Positions 1-22,750 of a DNA stretch of 64,000 nucleotides are shown piece after piece. The DNA is from Salpingoeca rosetta (lineage: Eukaryota; Protista; Choanoflagellata). The position numbers and the translations under genes are program-made. The DNA is taken from NCBI GenBank assembly GCA_033442325.1, contig JAWQFM010000033.1, positions 689,431-753,430 on the forward strand. The letters are read 5' to 3'. Under the pieces are notes generated by a model. The model was given only the letters and a program-made list of their open reading frames with translations, did not search any database and was not told the DNA's origin. The first letter of the stretch is position 1. Each line of letters begins with the position of its first letter.

Positions 1-1686
1 TGTTTAAAGGTGGTGGTGTTGATGGCAGTGAGGGAGATAGGGATGGGGAGAAAGTAAGAAGGGAGCAGCAGTGATTCGGAGAGAGGCGAGACATCGCAGG
101 AACGGGGGAAAGGAAGAACAAAGGCTCATGACATTGGCACGAGAAAGAGCCAAGAAGAGCGAGCCAGACACAGCACGCAGGTCAAAGAGAGCAGGGAGAC
201 ACACACACGTACATACATACATACATACATACATACATACATACATACATACATACATACATACATACATACATACATACATACATACACACATACATAC
301 ATACATACACACATACATACATACATACATACATACATACATACATACATACATACATACATACATACATACATACATACATACATACATACACAGCAGG
401 CACACAGAAACCCCCCCCCCCCCACATACACACACACTGTACCGCTGGGGAGAGCTTGTGTTCGAGGTAGTGCATGACAGTCTGGAGTGCATCGACGATG
501 GCGAGCTGGGCGAGGACGTGGTACCAGTTGACCGAGCCAGACATGTCGTAATATGACGCCGGCATGAGATTGAACATCCACGTGAGGGAGAGGTAGCTGC
601 CGAGGAGCACAAACCCTTCCGGCTGCGCCAGATGCGTGGTGACGCCCTCCCAGAAGTCGTAGTTCTCCTTCTTCTCTGTCTGGATGAACCGGCTGCACTT
701 GAGCACCTGCAGCGAGAAGTGTGACCGTGGTGGAAAAAAAAGTGTGTGCGCGTGGGTGGGGGGACGCACGCAACGGATGGAGGAGAGCAGTGGTGGTCAG
801 TAATGGTCAGGGGTGGTCAGGGGTGGCTAGTGGCGGTCAAAGCAGCAGCCACACTGATGAATGGAATAATCCTCATGAACAGACACGCACCCAAGCCCTC
901 ACGCACCGACAAGCAGAGAGAGAAAGCGAGAGATGTGCGGACATGGAGGCATACGCACGAATTGTACGCACACAGATGCACCAACACAAACACGTGCACA
1001 CACACATGCACACATGCACACACATGCACACACATGCACACTTGCCTCTCGCCTGAAGTAGAACCACACGAGCACAAAGACTTGGCCGACAGCGACGGAG
1101 AGAAGGCCGAGGGACAGGCCGACTGGGGAAGGCCACTCGCCAGGGCCATGCGGCAGTGTGTATGAGGAAGCGGCGGCTACAGTTGGCGCAGCAGCGGTGC
1201 TGGCGAGGGATGATGTGTTGAACCCGCCAAGCAGCGATGTTGGCAGCGAAAAGGATGACAGGGAGCGACCAAGGAACAGCTGTGACGCATTGTCAAGCAG
1301 CTGGCTCACAACTGCATGCATGTACGTGAGTGAGTGAGTGTGAGTGAGTGTGTGTGAGTGAGTGAGTGAGTGAGTGAGTGAGTGAGTGAGTGAGTGAGTG
1401 AGTGAGTGAGTGAGTGAGTGAGTGAGTGAGTGGGTGAGTGAGTGAGTGAGTGAGTGAGTGAGTGAGTGTGAGAGAGTGGGCGTGTGTTTGAGTGAGTGTG
1501 AGTGAGAGAGTGTGAGTGAGCGAGTGTGAGTGAGAGTGTGTGTGTGTGAGTGTGAGAGAGAGTGAGAGAGAGTGAGAGAGTGTGTGTGTGTGTAACAGCG
1601 TGCATCGGCATGGTGCAGTGTGTTTGTTTGCACGACAAGCTCCTGTCGGCTTTGCAGTGTCACTCACAGTTCCACGACGTCGCCAT
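1..1686 (-). CDS. Fatty acid hydroxylase / sterol desaturase superfamily membrane protein, 3' end outside the window (exons ~1686-1668, ~1311-1048, ~706-443)
   Basis: Spliced translation MATSWNF-VSQLLDN...VFVLVWFYFRRE-VLKCSRF...QLAIVDALQTVMHYLEH has hydrophobic segments and a first His box (HxxxH). Exon phases are consistent; the second intron has a GC donor. Confidence 0.7.
209..392. repeat. (TACA)n intronic microsatellite
   Basis: Direct observation. Confidence 0.98.
1327..1592. repeat. (GAGT)n intronic microsatellite
   Basis: Direct observation. Confidence 0.95.
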
Positions 1687-2189
1687 GCTTGTCTGTGAAC
1701 TCGTGTCCGTACAGTCTTGGCTGTGTTGTCTATCTATCGGTGATCCCCAAATCGTCTCCAGCTTTGCACCCAGTTTCACTCACTCACGCACGCACGCACT
1801 CACGCACACACACGCTATGTCTGTCGGCACGGTTGTCTTCCAAGCCAGCCAGCAAGGACTGTTGTCGCAGGTGCTGTGTTCGCGGGACGCAAGATTCGCG
1901 AGGCAAAACAGTTACCAACACCATAAATACTTTGACAGCTGAGCCCACACAGATCAAGCCAAACGTTGACAGCTTTGACAGGTGTGACAGGTGTGTCACA
2001 AATGTCACCCCACCAGCCACGCCACAACTGCACACCCCCTGTGTTGTGACATGATGGGTGTATGCTGTGTATTGCCTTCTGGCTCCGAACACAGTGAACA
2101 CACACATACACATACGCACATACGCACACACATGCAAGAGCGAAAAGGAACAAAAGAACAGCTGGCGGACCCATTCTTGCATCACCACA

Positions 2190-10416
<8,227 letters not shown>

Positions 10417-10863
10417 CCTGCCAGTTGTGCTGGTTTTGCTTGTTCGTGTCGGCTTCCTTCATTTGCGTTTGAGAGTGAACAACGGAACGTCAGCTTGCGT
10501 TGATACACATCAACATAAACATCAAGGCGCAGCCACCACACACACACATGCACACACACATGTGCACACACACGCACACACACATGCACACACATGCACA
10601 CACATGCACACACACACACACACACACTGATCCATTCACAGCACACGCACACCACCACGCACCACCACAGCACATCCAAACAACTCACTGCCGTGCTGGT
10701 GCTTTTGCTTCGCTGTCGTCTTTGGGTCAGTCGAAGTGTGGCCAATTTGTTAAAGATATGGCCAATAATCGTCAAAATACGTATTCTTTTCGCCCTGAAT
10801 TTGAACGACACACACAAGACACAGAAAGGCGGTCGGTTGGTTGGATGTGAGTGCACATGCATG

Positions 10864-10905
<42 letters not shown>

Positions 10906-11101
10906 TCCTCATATCCCATGCATGCCTTGTGCTACTGGTAGCAGTGGTTGCCTCGCTCGAGTCGTCGCTGTAGGGCTTTCATTGTGTTCACTGGCTCCTC
11001 ACACACTCACTCACTCACGCACACACACGCACACACATGCACACACACACACACACACGTGTCGCTGCATTCACGCGAACGCACGCGCCCTCACGCTGCA
11101 G

Positions 11102-11385
11102 ATGGCTTCGTTCGACCGCAAGTTTCGCCGCGGACAAGTGCCGGCGTCGCCGGCGTCATCCACGTCGTTTGCGGCCACCATGGGCAGCCCACAGCGCGGT
11201 GGGCTTGGCATGCATCAGCAGCAGGAGCAGAATCAGTCAATGTATGGCCAGGGCGCGGGTCTGTCCTCGCCGCAGCAGCCACATCATGACACCGGCATGT
11301 TTGACGGGCCCATGTCGTATCAGCAGCGAAGGGATGAACCCCGTTCCACAAACTTTCTCCTCAGACCAAAGGTGAATGCGTACGT

Positions 11386-11427
<42 letters not shown>

Positions 11428-12031
11428 AGCTCTGTCTGCATTGATTTTGTTGCGGTTGGCCTCTTGCTTTCACCTCCAACTCATCTCGGTTTCATGGTCC
11501 TGAACCCGTGCCGTTGTTGATCCTGTGCCCGAACGCCAACACCAACAACAACAACAATCGAATACATGCACGTGGGCGCACGTCAAACAGCAACAACAAC
11601 AGCAACAGCAGCGCCAACAACAGCAGCAGCAACAGTACCAGCATGAGCAGCAGCAGCAGCACCTGTCTGCGTCCCAGCGACCAATGTTTGGCGGTGACAG
11701 CGGGTCGCTCTTCTCACCGCACCCATCCTCGATGGGACAGAGCGATACAGACGGCGGCAGCAGCGGCGGGTATCACTATCAACAGAACCACCACCACCAG
11801 CAGCAGCAGCAGCAAGGGTTTGATCAGCATCACAGCAGCATGTTCTCTACCTCCTACGCAGGTGCATACGGCCAACAGCAACAACAGCAGCAGCAGCAGA
11901 ATAGGCCACTCCGCCCAAGTGGGTTGCGCAACGAACAGGGTCTTGGCATGATGGGTAACGGTGGTGCGGTAACGCGGACCAAGACCTCCTCACACGTCGA
12001 CCCGCCTATCAGCGGTGCGCGCGCGCGTGTG

Positions 12032-12097
<66 letters not shown>

Positions 12098-12895
12098 CTG
12101 CCTGTGTCTGTCTTCATGTGTACCTCCCTCTGTGTGTCTATACCTGTATGTTTATGATGTTTGGATCCAATGTCTGTCTGTGCCGGCATCCATTGCGGGG
12201 GTGTGTCAGCTGCCGCTGTTTTTACCATGTTGCCCTTGCTCACGCAACCAATGCCCCCCCCCCCCACTGCAACCCTTACACAATTCGTTGTGTTTCTCTC
12301 TCCACTTCAGGTCTGCACGACACGGAATCTCCCGTCTCTGCCACACCCTCCATGCAACTGCCAACCACCGCAACAGCAATACCGCCACAGCCATCATCGT
12401 CGTCAGCATCATCGTCACTGCCCCCCTCATCCACGGGTGTGCACTCTACATCTGTCTTTGGCACTGCGGACGCCATGGCGCCACACGACTCACCGCTGGT
12501 GCGATGTGTGTGCATGTGTGTGTGCATGTGTGTGTGTGTGTGTGTGTGTACCTGTTTTGTTGCGTTCGTGTCTTCGTTGATGCTCATTTTGCCCTACCGC
12601 TCCTCACATCACCTTCCTCCCAACTTTCTTCCTTCCCCCCCCCCCCTTGGCTTGACTGCCGCCGTCAGTCGCGCGTGCCAACACATGTCCATGCCGGACC
12701 CCACACGCCGGCCCGCTCGACACACCACGCGCGCGCCGTAAGTCACGCCCATGCACACGCTTGCACGGGCGCATCGGACACTTGCACACACATACCCACA
12801 TGCAAAACATGTATGCACACGTACACACACACACTCACTCACTCACACACCCCCGCTCACTCACACCCGCTCACTCACTTGCGCACACACACACA

Positions 12896-12933
<38 letters not shown>

Positions 12934-13613
12934 GCAGGGCGGGGGAGATACGTGTGTGACGGTGTTTGGGTTCACGCCGGAGCATGCTGGGCACGTGCTG
13001 TCGGAGCTCGGGTCGTGCGGAACAATTGTCCGCAAGCAGCACGGCGCTGGAAATTGGATCCACATCCAGTTCTCGTCCCGCATTGAGGCGCAGCGGGTAT
13101 GCGCGGCTGGAGGGAAGACGGGAGGGGGTGAGGTGGTGGGAACTGTGATGTGATATGTGTATGTGTGTGTGTCTGTCTGTCTGTCTGTGTCTGTCTGTCG
13201 ATCTGTGTCTGTTTGTCTGTGTTGTCTATCTGTCTGCCTTGTCGATCTGTCTGTCTTGTCGATCTGTCTGTCTTGTCTGTCATGTCTATCTGTGTCTGTT
13301 TGTGTACATGCCCACCATATTCTCTCACCACCACCACCACCATGGCGCATCAGGCGCTGTCGCGGAGTGGGCACGTGCTGCACGGGCGGGTGATGATTGG
13401 CGTCATCCCCTGCACCGACGATGATTTCCTCAGCGGCGCAGGGCAGGTGGGCAGCAGCACAGCAGTGGTGGTTGGAGATGGTGATTGGTGGTGATACGAG
13501 AAAAGGGAGAGCAAATGGAGCGAAGGGCGGAAGCTTATGGTCGGTGCATGTCGCTGTGTTTGGATGTGTGCGTGAGAGAGTGAGAGGGAGGAGCAGGAAG
13601 CTGTGTTCGACAC

Positions 13614-13673
<60 letters not shown>

Positions 13674-14111
13674 CATCTCTCTGTTGCCCTTGCTGCCACT
13701 CACTCAACATCACATTGCATCTCCTCACCCTGCCCTCGCCGCAACCGCCATTATCAGACCACGCCAACCACCCCTGGCGTGCTCGGTACTCCAATGCACA
13801 AGAAGACGCCACGCATTCTCGGAACAAAGAAGGTGGGCACAAGCTGACACGTGCGCGCGTATTTGCACATGTGTATGTATGTGTGGGTGTGTGGGTGTGG
13901 GTGTGGGTGTAGGTGTGTCGCAAATGATGTCCGCAACTACGTGGTATTGCAACATTGTTTCATGCTTCCAGTCACCATCACTAACATCCGCCCTCCTTAA
14001 TGCTCCAATCAGTCGACTGCGCCCGGGACGCCCGGTGGCCCGACGACGGCAACGGTGTCGCCCTCCCGCTCGTATATTGGCGCTCTCGGCGACTTTTTGT
14101 GGTCGTGGTGA
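11102..14111 (+). CDS. NUP35: Nucleoporin Nup35/Nup53 (MPPN/RRM-like domain), multi-exon
   Basis: RRM-like core CVTVFGFTPEHAGHVLSELGSCGTIV...GNWIHIQFSSRIEAQR-ALSRSGHVLHGRVMIGVIPC. Disordered Q/S/P-rich N-terminus; last exon ends in the amphipathic helix SYIGALGDFLWSW*. Confidence 0.9.
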
Positions 14112-14499
14112 TGGGTGATTGGGTGGCGGCTGTTCTGGTTTGGATTGGGTTTGTGCTAGTGGTGCTTCGTGGCTATGTCAACTGGCCGGTGATGGCGGAT
14201 GATGGTGATGAATAATGACAGACAACGATGACATGCAAGCGCGCACCATGACACAGACGCGCGAGATGGGTGGTCTGGGGAGTTGGAAGGTTCGTTGCAC
14301 TGATGCTTGGCTGGGCTTTGACGGCGATAGCGACAGCGCGTGTTGGCCGTGCTTTGGGCCCTGTGTCCTGTGCCTTGCCTTGCTTGTGGTGTTAACCAGT
14401 GAACAGTATGCATGAGTGAGTGAATGAACGAGGGATGGGAGTGAATGAACGAGGGATGGGAATGAATGAACCAGGGATGGAGTGAGGGAGTGAATGACA

Positions 14500-14638
<139 letters not shown>

Positions 14639-15112
14639 GCACACACACACACACAAAAGCACACATTCGCTATTCCATGAATGACTTTTATCAATTTTCT
14701 GCGTTGGTAACGGCTTTGAGACAAAACAACAACAAGGTTCGATGTGTGTGGTTGTGTTGTGTGTTTGGTGTTTGTGGTGGTGGTGGTGGTTGGCAGGGGA
14801 GAGCGAGGCACCACCAGCAGCAGCGATGATTGTTTCATCACACGCACATTCACAAGAAGAACAAGAGCAGCAACAACAAACAAACAGCTCCGCTCAGCCA
14901 CAACACAGCTCACACACCTCACGCTCTGCAAAGCAAGCCGAAAAGAGCGCACGCGCCCTTGGATACACATCCATTCCCTTGCTTTCCAGCGTCCCGCCAC
15001 CCTCACATCCTTTCTTTAAACAACGTACGCGTCACTAGTAGACAACCAGGGTAATCAGCAAACAAGGCAACCAATCAATAACCGCCCACGACAACAGCAC
15101 AAACGATACACA

Positions 15113-17463
15113 ATGGGTTGTGGAAGCAGCAAGGCCGCCGAGGTCAAGCAGACCACCGTGGAAGGTGCACGCATTTGCATGTGTGTGTGTGCGTTTGTGC
15201 GTTTGTGTGTTTTGTTTCTTCTGTGTCTGTGTTCGTGCACCTGTGTCCGTGCACGTGTTTGTGTGCGCGCGTCCATCTGTGTGCGTGTGTGAGCTTGAGC
15301 AAGCCGAGTCTCGTATTCATCCTCTTGCACATGGCTCCATCATGGCTCCCTGTTGGTTTTTCAGCCGCCCCAAGCTCGGCAGCACCAACGGCGACCAAAG
15401 TCGACGTCTCACAATCGGTAGGTGCTGCTGCTTGCAAGCAACAGGCGTGAGTGTTAGTGAATGCTGCGCTGCGGCACAGCCAGCGCAGTCTGCCTCGTGC
15501 GCGTGCCATGCCCTCCTTCTCATTGACAACCACACAACGGCTTTGTGTGATGGGGATATGTTTGCACAGAACAAGAGCGTTGCGCAAGCAGAGGGCGACA
15601 AGAACGACACATCCACACAGCAAGCGCAGCAAGATTCAGCACAAGCAAAGCCAGACACGAAAAAGGATGAAGCAGCAGCAAGTCAAGGCATGAACACCGA
15701 TGGTGAGCCTTTGTGTGTGAGTGTGGGGAGGGAGTGGGAGTGTGAGAGAGTGCATGTCTGTGTGTGTGTGTTCATGTGTGCGCGCGCGCATTCATGTGCG
15801 TGTGCTTCTGCGATTGATTGTGTGCAGGCGTGTGTGTTTGCTTTGTTGCACATGCCATCTTTGGCAACATGCCATCGTGCCATGCATACACCGTGCGACA
15901 CTGCCCCAACTCACATCTTTGCTCATCCCTCCGCCATCAGCGGACCTCAGCGTAACCGGCCGCAAGATTGAGAGCAGAGCCGGCTCACGGGACCAACAGA
16001 ACCCACCGGTATGTGCTGTTTAGCGACCACGCCTCGCCTCTGTCTTGCGAGAGAGTGCGGGATAGTGATCGTGCGTGTCGAGCACTGCCCACATTCCGCT
16101 CGCATGCGGAATGCAATGCATGACTTGAACCCATTTGAACAATGGCTTGTTTTCCCTCTTGTGACCAAACACACTCCTTCTATTTTTATTTCTCACTGCT
16201 CGACACTCCGTGGAACACCTCATCAACCACCCCGTGAACTATCGCCACGGATCAGGACACGCCTGCGACAGACGACGACTATTCGCGCATGACGAGCGCC
16301 ATCTCCACGCGGAGTGCACCGCCGTCCATTATGGAGAGGCCCTCGTCCCGCGGCGGCCGCGCATTCGAGATCAGCGTAAGCGCCCTCGCTTCCCGCTGCT
16401 GCCGTTTTTTTTTTCCGTGTGTGTGTATGTGTTTGTCTGCGTGTGTGTGTGTATGTGTGTGTGTGTGTATGTGTGTCTGTGTGTCTGTGTGTCTCTGTCT
16501 CTGTCTGTCTCTCTGGCTCTGTCTCTCTCTCTGTCTCTGTCTGTCCGTCTCTCTCCCTCTCTGTGTGGTTGGAATACACTCCCATCCCACTTCACTGTCA
16601 CCCTCCTCACCCTCCTCCTCACCCCCCCCCCCCTTGTCTCTCCCCCACCAGTTTGAGGATGGCGATGTGCGCCGTGCGCCGCGTCGGCTGCAGAAGTTGC
16701 AGCACTCGTCGCGCCGGCGCAAGGGCGACTTGACGCTCGACCAGCTGCAGCGCAAGCTCGAGGCCGCCGAGAAGAGGAAGAAGGAGTACGAAAAGCGCAT
16801 TCTCGAGAAGATTTCCGTCGACGTGAGTTATTCGTGTGCTTTTTTGGATTTGTTCGTTTCCGTGTCTGTGTGTGTGTGTGAGTGTGTCTGTGTTGTGTGT
16901 GTAATTGTGTGTGTGCATGTGTACTTGTGTATGTGTACTTGTGTGTGTGTGTGTGTTTGTCTGCAATCCCTGTCTCGTCGTACGTTTATCCTTGGCCCTC
17001 ATTCCTCGCCCGTCCTAATCCCCCCCCCCGTTATCCAACTGCACCAGACGCGCAAGCCCGCTGACCGCCGAGAGGAGCAGACGGAGCAGCAGGCAAAGGA
17101 GGTTGAGAAGAAGGTCGAGAAGAAGGTTGACAAGGCAATGGTACGTTGTTTGTTGGCTCAGCCATGCTGCCACGCGTGTGCTCATGCGTGTACCCATGCG
17201 TGTACTCCAGTGTTTACACACACACAAACACACACACACACACACAACACCTTCCTCTCTCACTCCCCCCCCTCCCTAACCACCTCTACAACCATCATCA
17301 TCATCATCATAACCACCACCACCACCACCACCACCATCGACAACAGGAGAACCGGGAGGCGCATCTGCGATCGCTGCGGGAGAAATTGCGCGCACGCGAA
17401 GAGCACGGCCGGAAAGTACGGGAGAAGAAGCAGCAGCAGAAGACGGACCAGAGCGAGGCCTGA
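15113..17463 (+). CDS. Stathmin-family protein (STMND1-like), multi-exon
   Basis: MGCGSSK acylation N-terminus; GGRAFEIS (cf. stathmin SGQAFELI); LTLDQLQRKLEAAEKRKK; ENREAHLRSLREKLRAREEHGRKVREKK. Confidence 0.85.
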
Positions 17464-17750
17464 TGGCGCAGTACATGGCGCCGCCACAACTCAAGTGAAG
17501 TATTTTGCACTACTGTTTCTTCCCTGTTTTTTGCCTCCACCCCCTCCTCCTCCTCCTCCTCCTCCTTCATGTTCTTATCGGCCAGACAAGGCGGTGATTG
17601 TGTCCTTGCATCACATCAACGGACCCACCAGCCATGCTTCTCCCTCCTTGCCTGCCTTCAACAAACAACAATCCTACGCAACACCCGCGCACACTCTTTA
17701 ATCTCTTTTTATCCCCTGGCTTGCCAGCCAAGCTTTTTTCTTTTCTCTCT

Positions 17751-17814
<64 letters not shown>

Positions 17815-18762
17815 GTGGTGATGCTGATGTGCTTGCTCGCCCCATGTCATCATCACGCCATGTCGTGTCACATGTCGTGTCACACCGTAGCTTTCAGTGT
17901 TGATTGTTCTTAGGATGTTCGTTCGTTCGTACATGTCAGCAGACAACAACTTCACTCCTCGTCCCGTTGTTTCGGTGCACACGTGTCTCCTTGTGCCACA
18001 CGCACGTACGCGATGGTGTTTGTGCATTCATACACTTGCACGCGTTTGTTTTTCGGGAGAGTTTGCCAGCAATTCAATGAACGAGTGGAACGATTTCAAT
18101 AAAGAAAGACAAAGAAGCAATGTGATAAGCAAAGAACAAAAGCGCACACGTGGAGTGGAGTGAAATCAAAATAACACACGAGTGCAAGACGGACACGAAT
18201 CACGCGGTTGAATATGTGGTGGTGTCATGTGCAACAGCACCAGAGCAAGGAGAGCGAGCGTACAGCGGGCACAGAAGAAGGAAAGAGAGGAGAGGGAAAA
18301 GAGGCACGGCGCATCAACAGGCAACAAATGGGTCAACGGATGCACCAGTGCATGGAAGGGATTCAACGCCATCGTGGCAACACAACTCATCACATGACAC
18401 ACGACGCATGACCCATGACAGAGCGCAACGGGCGGAACGTGGCAGCACGGAAGCACGCAGCGCGCCAGTGGAAGAACAATGCACACGCGCACAAGGGGGG
18501 GGGGGCGGGGTGGCACCACAAACGAACAGAGGAACAGAGGAACCGAAACCATGGACGGCAGTCGCAGGGAACTTGCCATAGAAAGAAGCATGAACGATGG
18601 AAGACGATTGCGCTGCAACAACAAGAAGAACCATCAATACAGGAAAGCAGCAAGAGCAACAAAAAAAAATGCACCAACAGAGCATGCAAAAGTGCAAACA
18701 ACAGAGCATGCAACAACGGGGACGCCTGTTTGGCATGGTTGAGTTGTTCCTGTCGCAGGAGT

Positions 18763-21700
18763 TCAGCGCTTGCGGATGGTGTAGTGGCCACCGTACACGT
18801 TGTTGTACGTGTACACGTTGTCCAGGCGCACGTTGAACGTCCAGCTGGGGAAGTAGTAGCCAGAGTTGTAGCAGTACTTGTCTGTGTTGGTGTTGGAGTA
18901 GCAGAGCTGGGCCTGGTAGCTGTAGCTGCCGGTCACGGGCCGAGCATACACACGCTGCGTCACAGAATAGTACGTGCGCGTGTACACGCGATACAGTTGC
19001 CACCTGGTGTTGTTGGATGGTGGTGGTGGTGAGACGATGTGGTGGTGGTGAGACGATGTGGTGGTGGTGAGACGATGTGGTGGTGGTGAGAAAGCCACGA
19101 AGCAAAGCCTCGATGCAAGCAATCGTGGGGTCAACGTGACGGTAACTCACAAGTGCTTGCAGGCAACCAACGAATGAGCGAACCCACAACAAGGATGCAC
19201 ACGACAGACTGGGCGCACAACATGTACACACACACACATGCGCGCGCACACACACACGCATGTGCACACATGTCACACGCATACACACACGCATGCGCGC
19301 ACATGTCACACGCATACACACACGCATGCGCGCACACACGCACACACACATGAACTTACTGCTCTGGGACAAAGAGGGTCTGGTAGAGGTTTGTGGCGTA
19401 GTAGCAGTAGTAGCAGGAGGAGCTGGAGTACGAAATCTTGAGGGAGATGGGCGAGGGGTAGATGTAGGTGTTGTAGCCAGACTGCGCCCGCCAGTTGGTC
19501 ACGAGCAGCGGCAGCTTGCGCAGGGCACCGGCGTTGACGGGGAACGCCATGCGAGCGTTGAGCGTGGCTGCGCTGTGGTAGGCGCTCAGGCGGGAGTTGA
19601 GGTAGCTGATGGTGGAGTAGGAGGACAGCTGGTTCGGCGTCACAAATGAGGTGGACTTGGAGTGGTAGCGGTTGTCGAGGGAGCGGAGGAACGAGCCCTG
19701 GATCCAGTTGCGCAGGTTGTTGATCTCCGCCGCCACCTTGCTGTTGACGTAGGTGGTGGTGGCGTACGACGACAGCTGGTTGGCCACGGCGTTCACCTTG
19801 GTGTCGACCTGGCTCTTGGTGTACACGTTGTTGAGGCGGGTGTGGGCGGAGTCAGCCGTGTTCTGCGCGGTGTTGATGCGGCCAGAGAGCTGGCCCTCCG
19901 CCTGCTTGGCGCGGTTTGCCTCGGCCGTCACATCGCCCGAGACGCCCTCTGCGTACGTGCGCGCGGCCTTGATGGCGTTGGACAGCGTCGTGTCCATGCC
20001 CTTGAGGCCCGTGATCTCGCCGTTGATGTTGCTGATGTCGGTGTTGATGCCGGACTCGGCCAGCTGTGCGCGTGCCTGCTCGTTGGCGAGCGACTCGGCC
20101 AGCATGGCAATGCTGCCCTCCAGGTTTGACTCCAGGTCTGACAGGTTGCTCTCAAGTGCCATTGCAGCGTCATCGCGGGCGCTGGCGAGGGCGCTGTTCA
20201 AGGTGGTGACGGCAGAGTCGAGGGCCTCTTGGGCGTTGCTCTCTGCCGTGCTGACGGCTGTGTTGAGGTTGGAGGTTGCCGTGTTCAGGTCCGAGGCCAC
20301 GCCGTCCACGCGCGTGGAGATGGATTCCTCCGCCTCGCTCAGCGTCTGCGTGAGCGAGCTGCCCTGCGCCTCCAGGGTGCTCTGCAAGCTGCCCACTTGC
20401 TCTGTCAGCATGTCCTGCAGGTTGCTGCTGAGGTCGTCCAGGTTGCTCTCCATGACGGCTGCGACGCTGCTGGCTGCCGCCTCAAGTGACCCCTCCGCCT
20501 CCTGTGCGCGACCGGCCTCTGTGTCGATGGCGGAGCTGAGCTCGCCCACGGTGTAGCGCTGCTCGCCCATGACAAAGGCGATGGTGCGGTTGGCGCCAGT
20601 TCGCAGCTCCAGATGCCCGCCGTCCGTCACCACAGACGTGCGCACTGTTTGGCAGGGAGAATGTGACAAGTGGGTGTGACAAGTGAGGGTGATGAGGGTG
20701 ATGAGGAAATGAGGGTGATGACGAAGGACTAAGGAGGGGGGGGGTTAGAATGGACAGCATGAGCATAAACAAGCGAGCATAAGCAAAGACACAACCGACA
20801 CCATACACACACACACACACGAAACAGCGCACTCACCACAGCCTTTGCCCTGTGGGCCAGGGACACCGGTGAAGCCGTTGAGGCATTCGCAGTGGTAGGC
20901 GGTGCTTGGAGCAGGCTCGTCCACGCACACGGAAGACCGCAGGTCACACTCGTGCGAGGCGCAAGCATCAAAGTCTGCGTGTGCGTTTGGAGAGAAGAGG
21001 GGGGAGGGTTGTTTGTTGATGTGAGCATGAACCAGGGCAGTGTGAGTGTGAGCGATGTGCACGGTGTTGCTGTTGCGGGCACCGAAGCGCTGACGGGTGA
21101 TATCAACAGCAAACTTGCACGCGCGCTCACAACCAAATAATAAACAAAACAAAACGAAAACCCAAAACAACAACAAAGTCAACATGCAGTCACGTACAAA
21201 GGCAAGCAGTAACAGTTGCAGGCAGCACCGAACATGCTAAGCGAAGCAGCGTGCACAAGCGCACACATGATGAACATCAGCACACACGCTCACCTTGGCA
21301 GAGGTCGGAGGGCACGGCAACGCCCGTCTGGGCATGCTGCCAGCGGCCATCAGCGCAGACAAAGACGGGTTCAATGGAAGGGACAAAGCCTGTGGCGCAG
21401 GAGAGCTCGCAGCGCGCACCGTCGACGATGCTGGTGCATGGATCTGCAGCCGGCTCGGCGTTGTCTGGCAGAGAAAAAGGCGGGCACACAACCGTGGTAG
21501 TGGTGGTCGTTGTGGTGGTGGTTGTGGTAGTTGTTGTGGTTGTTGTTGTGCTTGTTGAGGTTGTGGTTGACGCTGCGGCGGCGACGGTGGTTGTGCCGTT
21601 GTTGTCATTGCCTGCTGTCGTTGATGGTTGTGACGATGCGCCTCCGGGCGTCGTCGTTGTTGTCGTCGTTGTTGTCGTCGTCGACCCTTGACCAGCTGTT

Positions 21701-21813
21701 GACAGCGGAGAAGTGGAAGAAGAAGAAGCAGCACGCACTGTCATCAGGGGACCTGTTGCCTGCAGGCACGCCAAGGCCAGCGCGAGCACCAGCAAAGCTC
21801 GTCCTTGGATCAT
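18763..21813 (-). CDS. Secreted protein: signal peptide, Thr-rich mucin, Sushi/CCP, EGF-like, cubilin-N-like segment, long coiled coil, Tyr-rich C-terminal domain (exons 21813-21294, 20974-20837, 20644-19359, ~19003-18763)
   Basis: Phase-consistent GT-AG junctions. Sushi pattern C..C.LSCATGF..C..GRW..C; EGF DFDAC..C..C..CECLNGFTG..C; heptad-rich stalk. Confidence 0.85.
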
Positions 21814-22536
21814 GATGTTGATGTTGAGGGTGTTGAGGATGGAGATGCGCCGCTCGATATGGAATAATGATGAGACGGGTTAGTGCAGAGGGAGGAGACT
21901 CTGCAACTCGGTGCGCGCAACGCAACAGGGCGGCCAAAAGCTCTGGCTGTGGCTGGTGCTCTGATAACCTCCTGAGGTTCAGCAGCAGCGGTTGCTGGAA
22001 GAGGTGGAGCAGGAGGGAAGCAGAAGGAAGGAAGGAGAAATGCGTGCGCGGAGAAAAACAAACAAACAAACAAACAAAACAAGCCAGAAGAAACTTGCTT
22101 CTTGCTTTGCTTGCTTGACGCTTGATGCTTAGGGATGCTGATGGCGTGGACGGGTGCGCTGCGTGAACTGGTTCCCGTGCTTTCCAACCTTTGCTTGCTT
22201 CCTTGGGACAAACCAAAGCATGGCCAGAAGTGGGGCGTGCGTGCATGCAAAACACTGTGCCGTTCGCCTCCTTCGCGACATCGCCAGGTTGTCTGTCCTT
22301 GGTGTGTGTGCTTGCATTTGCCACCCCATTTCATCGTGCCAAGCAGCGATGGCACCACGAGCACGGAAGATTCCATGGCAAACTAAGTGGTGGCGAATGT
22401 TACGTTAAGTGTGCATGGAATTGGTTGAGTGCGAAAAAAGTGTTGTTGGTTGTTGTTGTTTTGGTTGGATACGAGAGATGTGTGTTGTGTTTAGGTTTGC
22501 ATGGCAGGGACACTGATCGAGCGAGATTGAAAGAGG

Positions 22537-22576
<40 letters not shown>

Positions 22577-22717
22577 GAGCCCTTGTGTGTGTGTGTGTGT
22601 GTGTGTGCTTGGAGTACGCCAATACCTTGTTCATGTGTGGTATTACCGACGAGTAGATACTGGAAGTGCCACCACCCTTTTCCCTTCACAACAACAACAA
22701 CAACAACAACACACACA

Positions 22718-22750
<33 letters not shown>

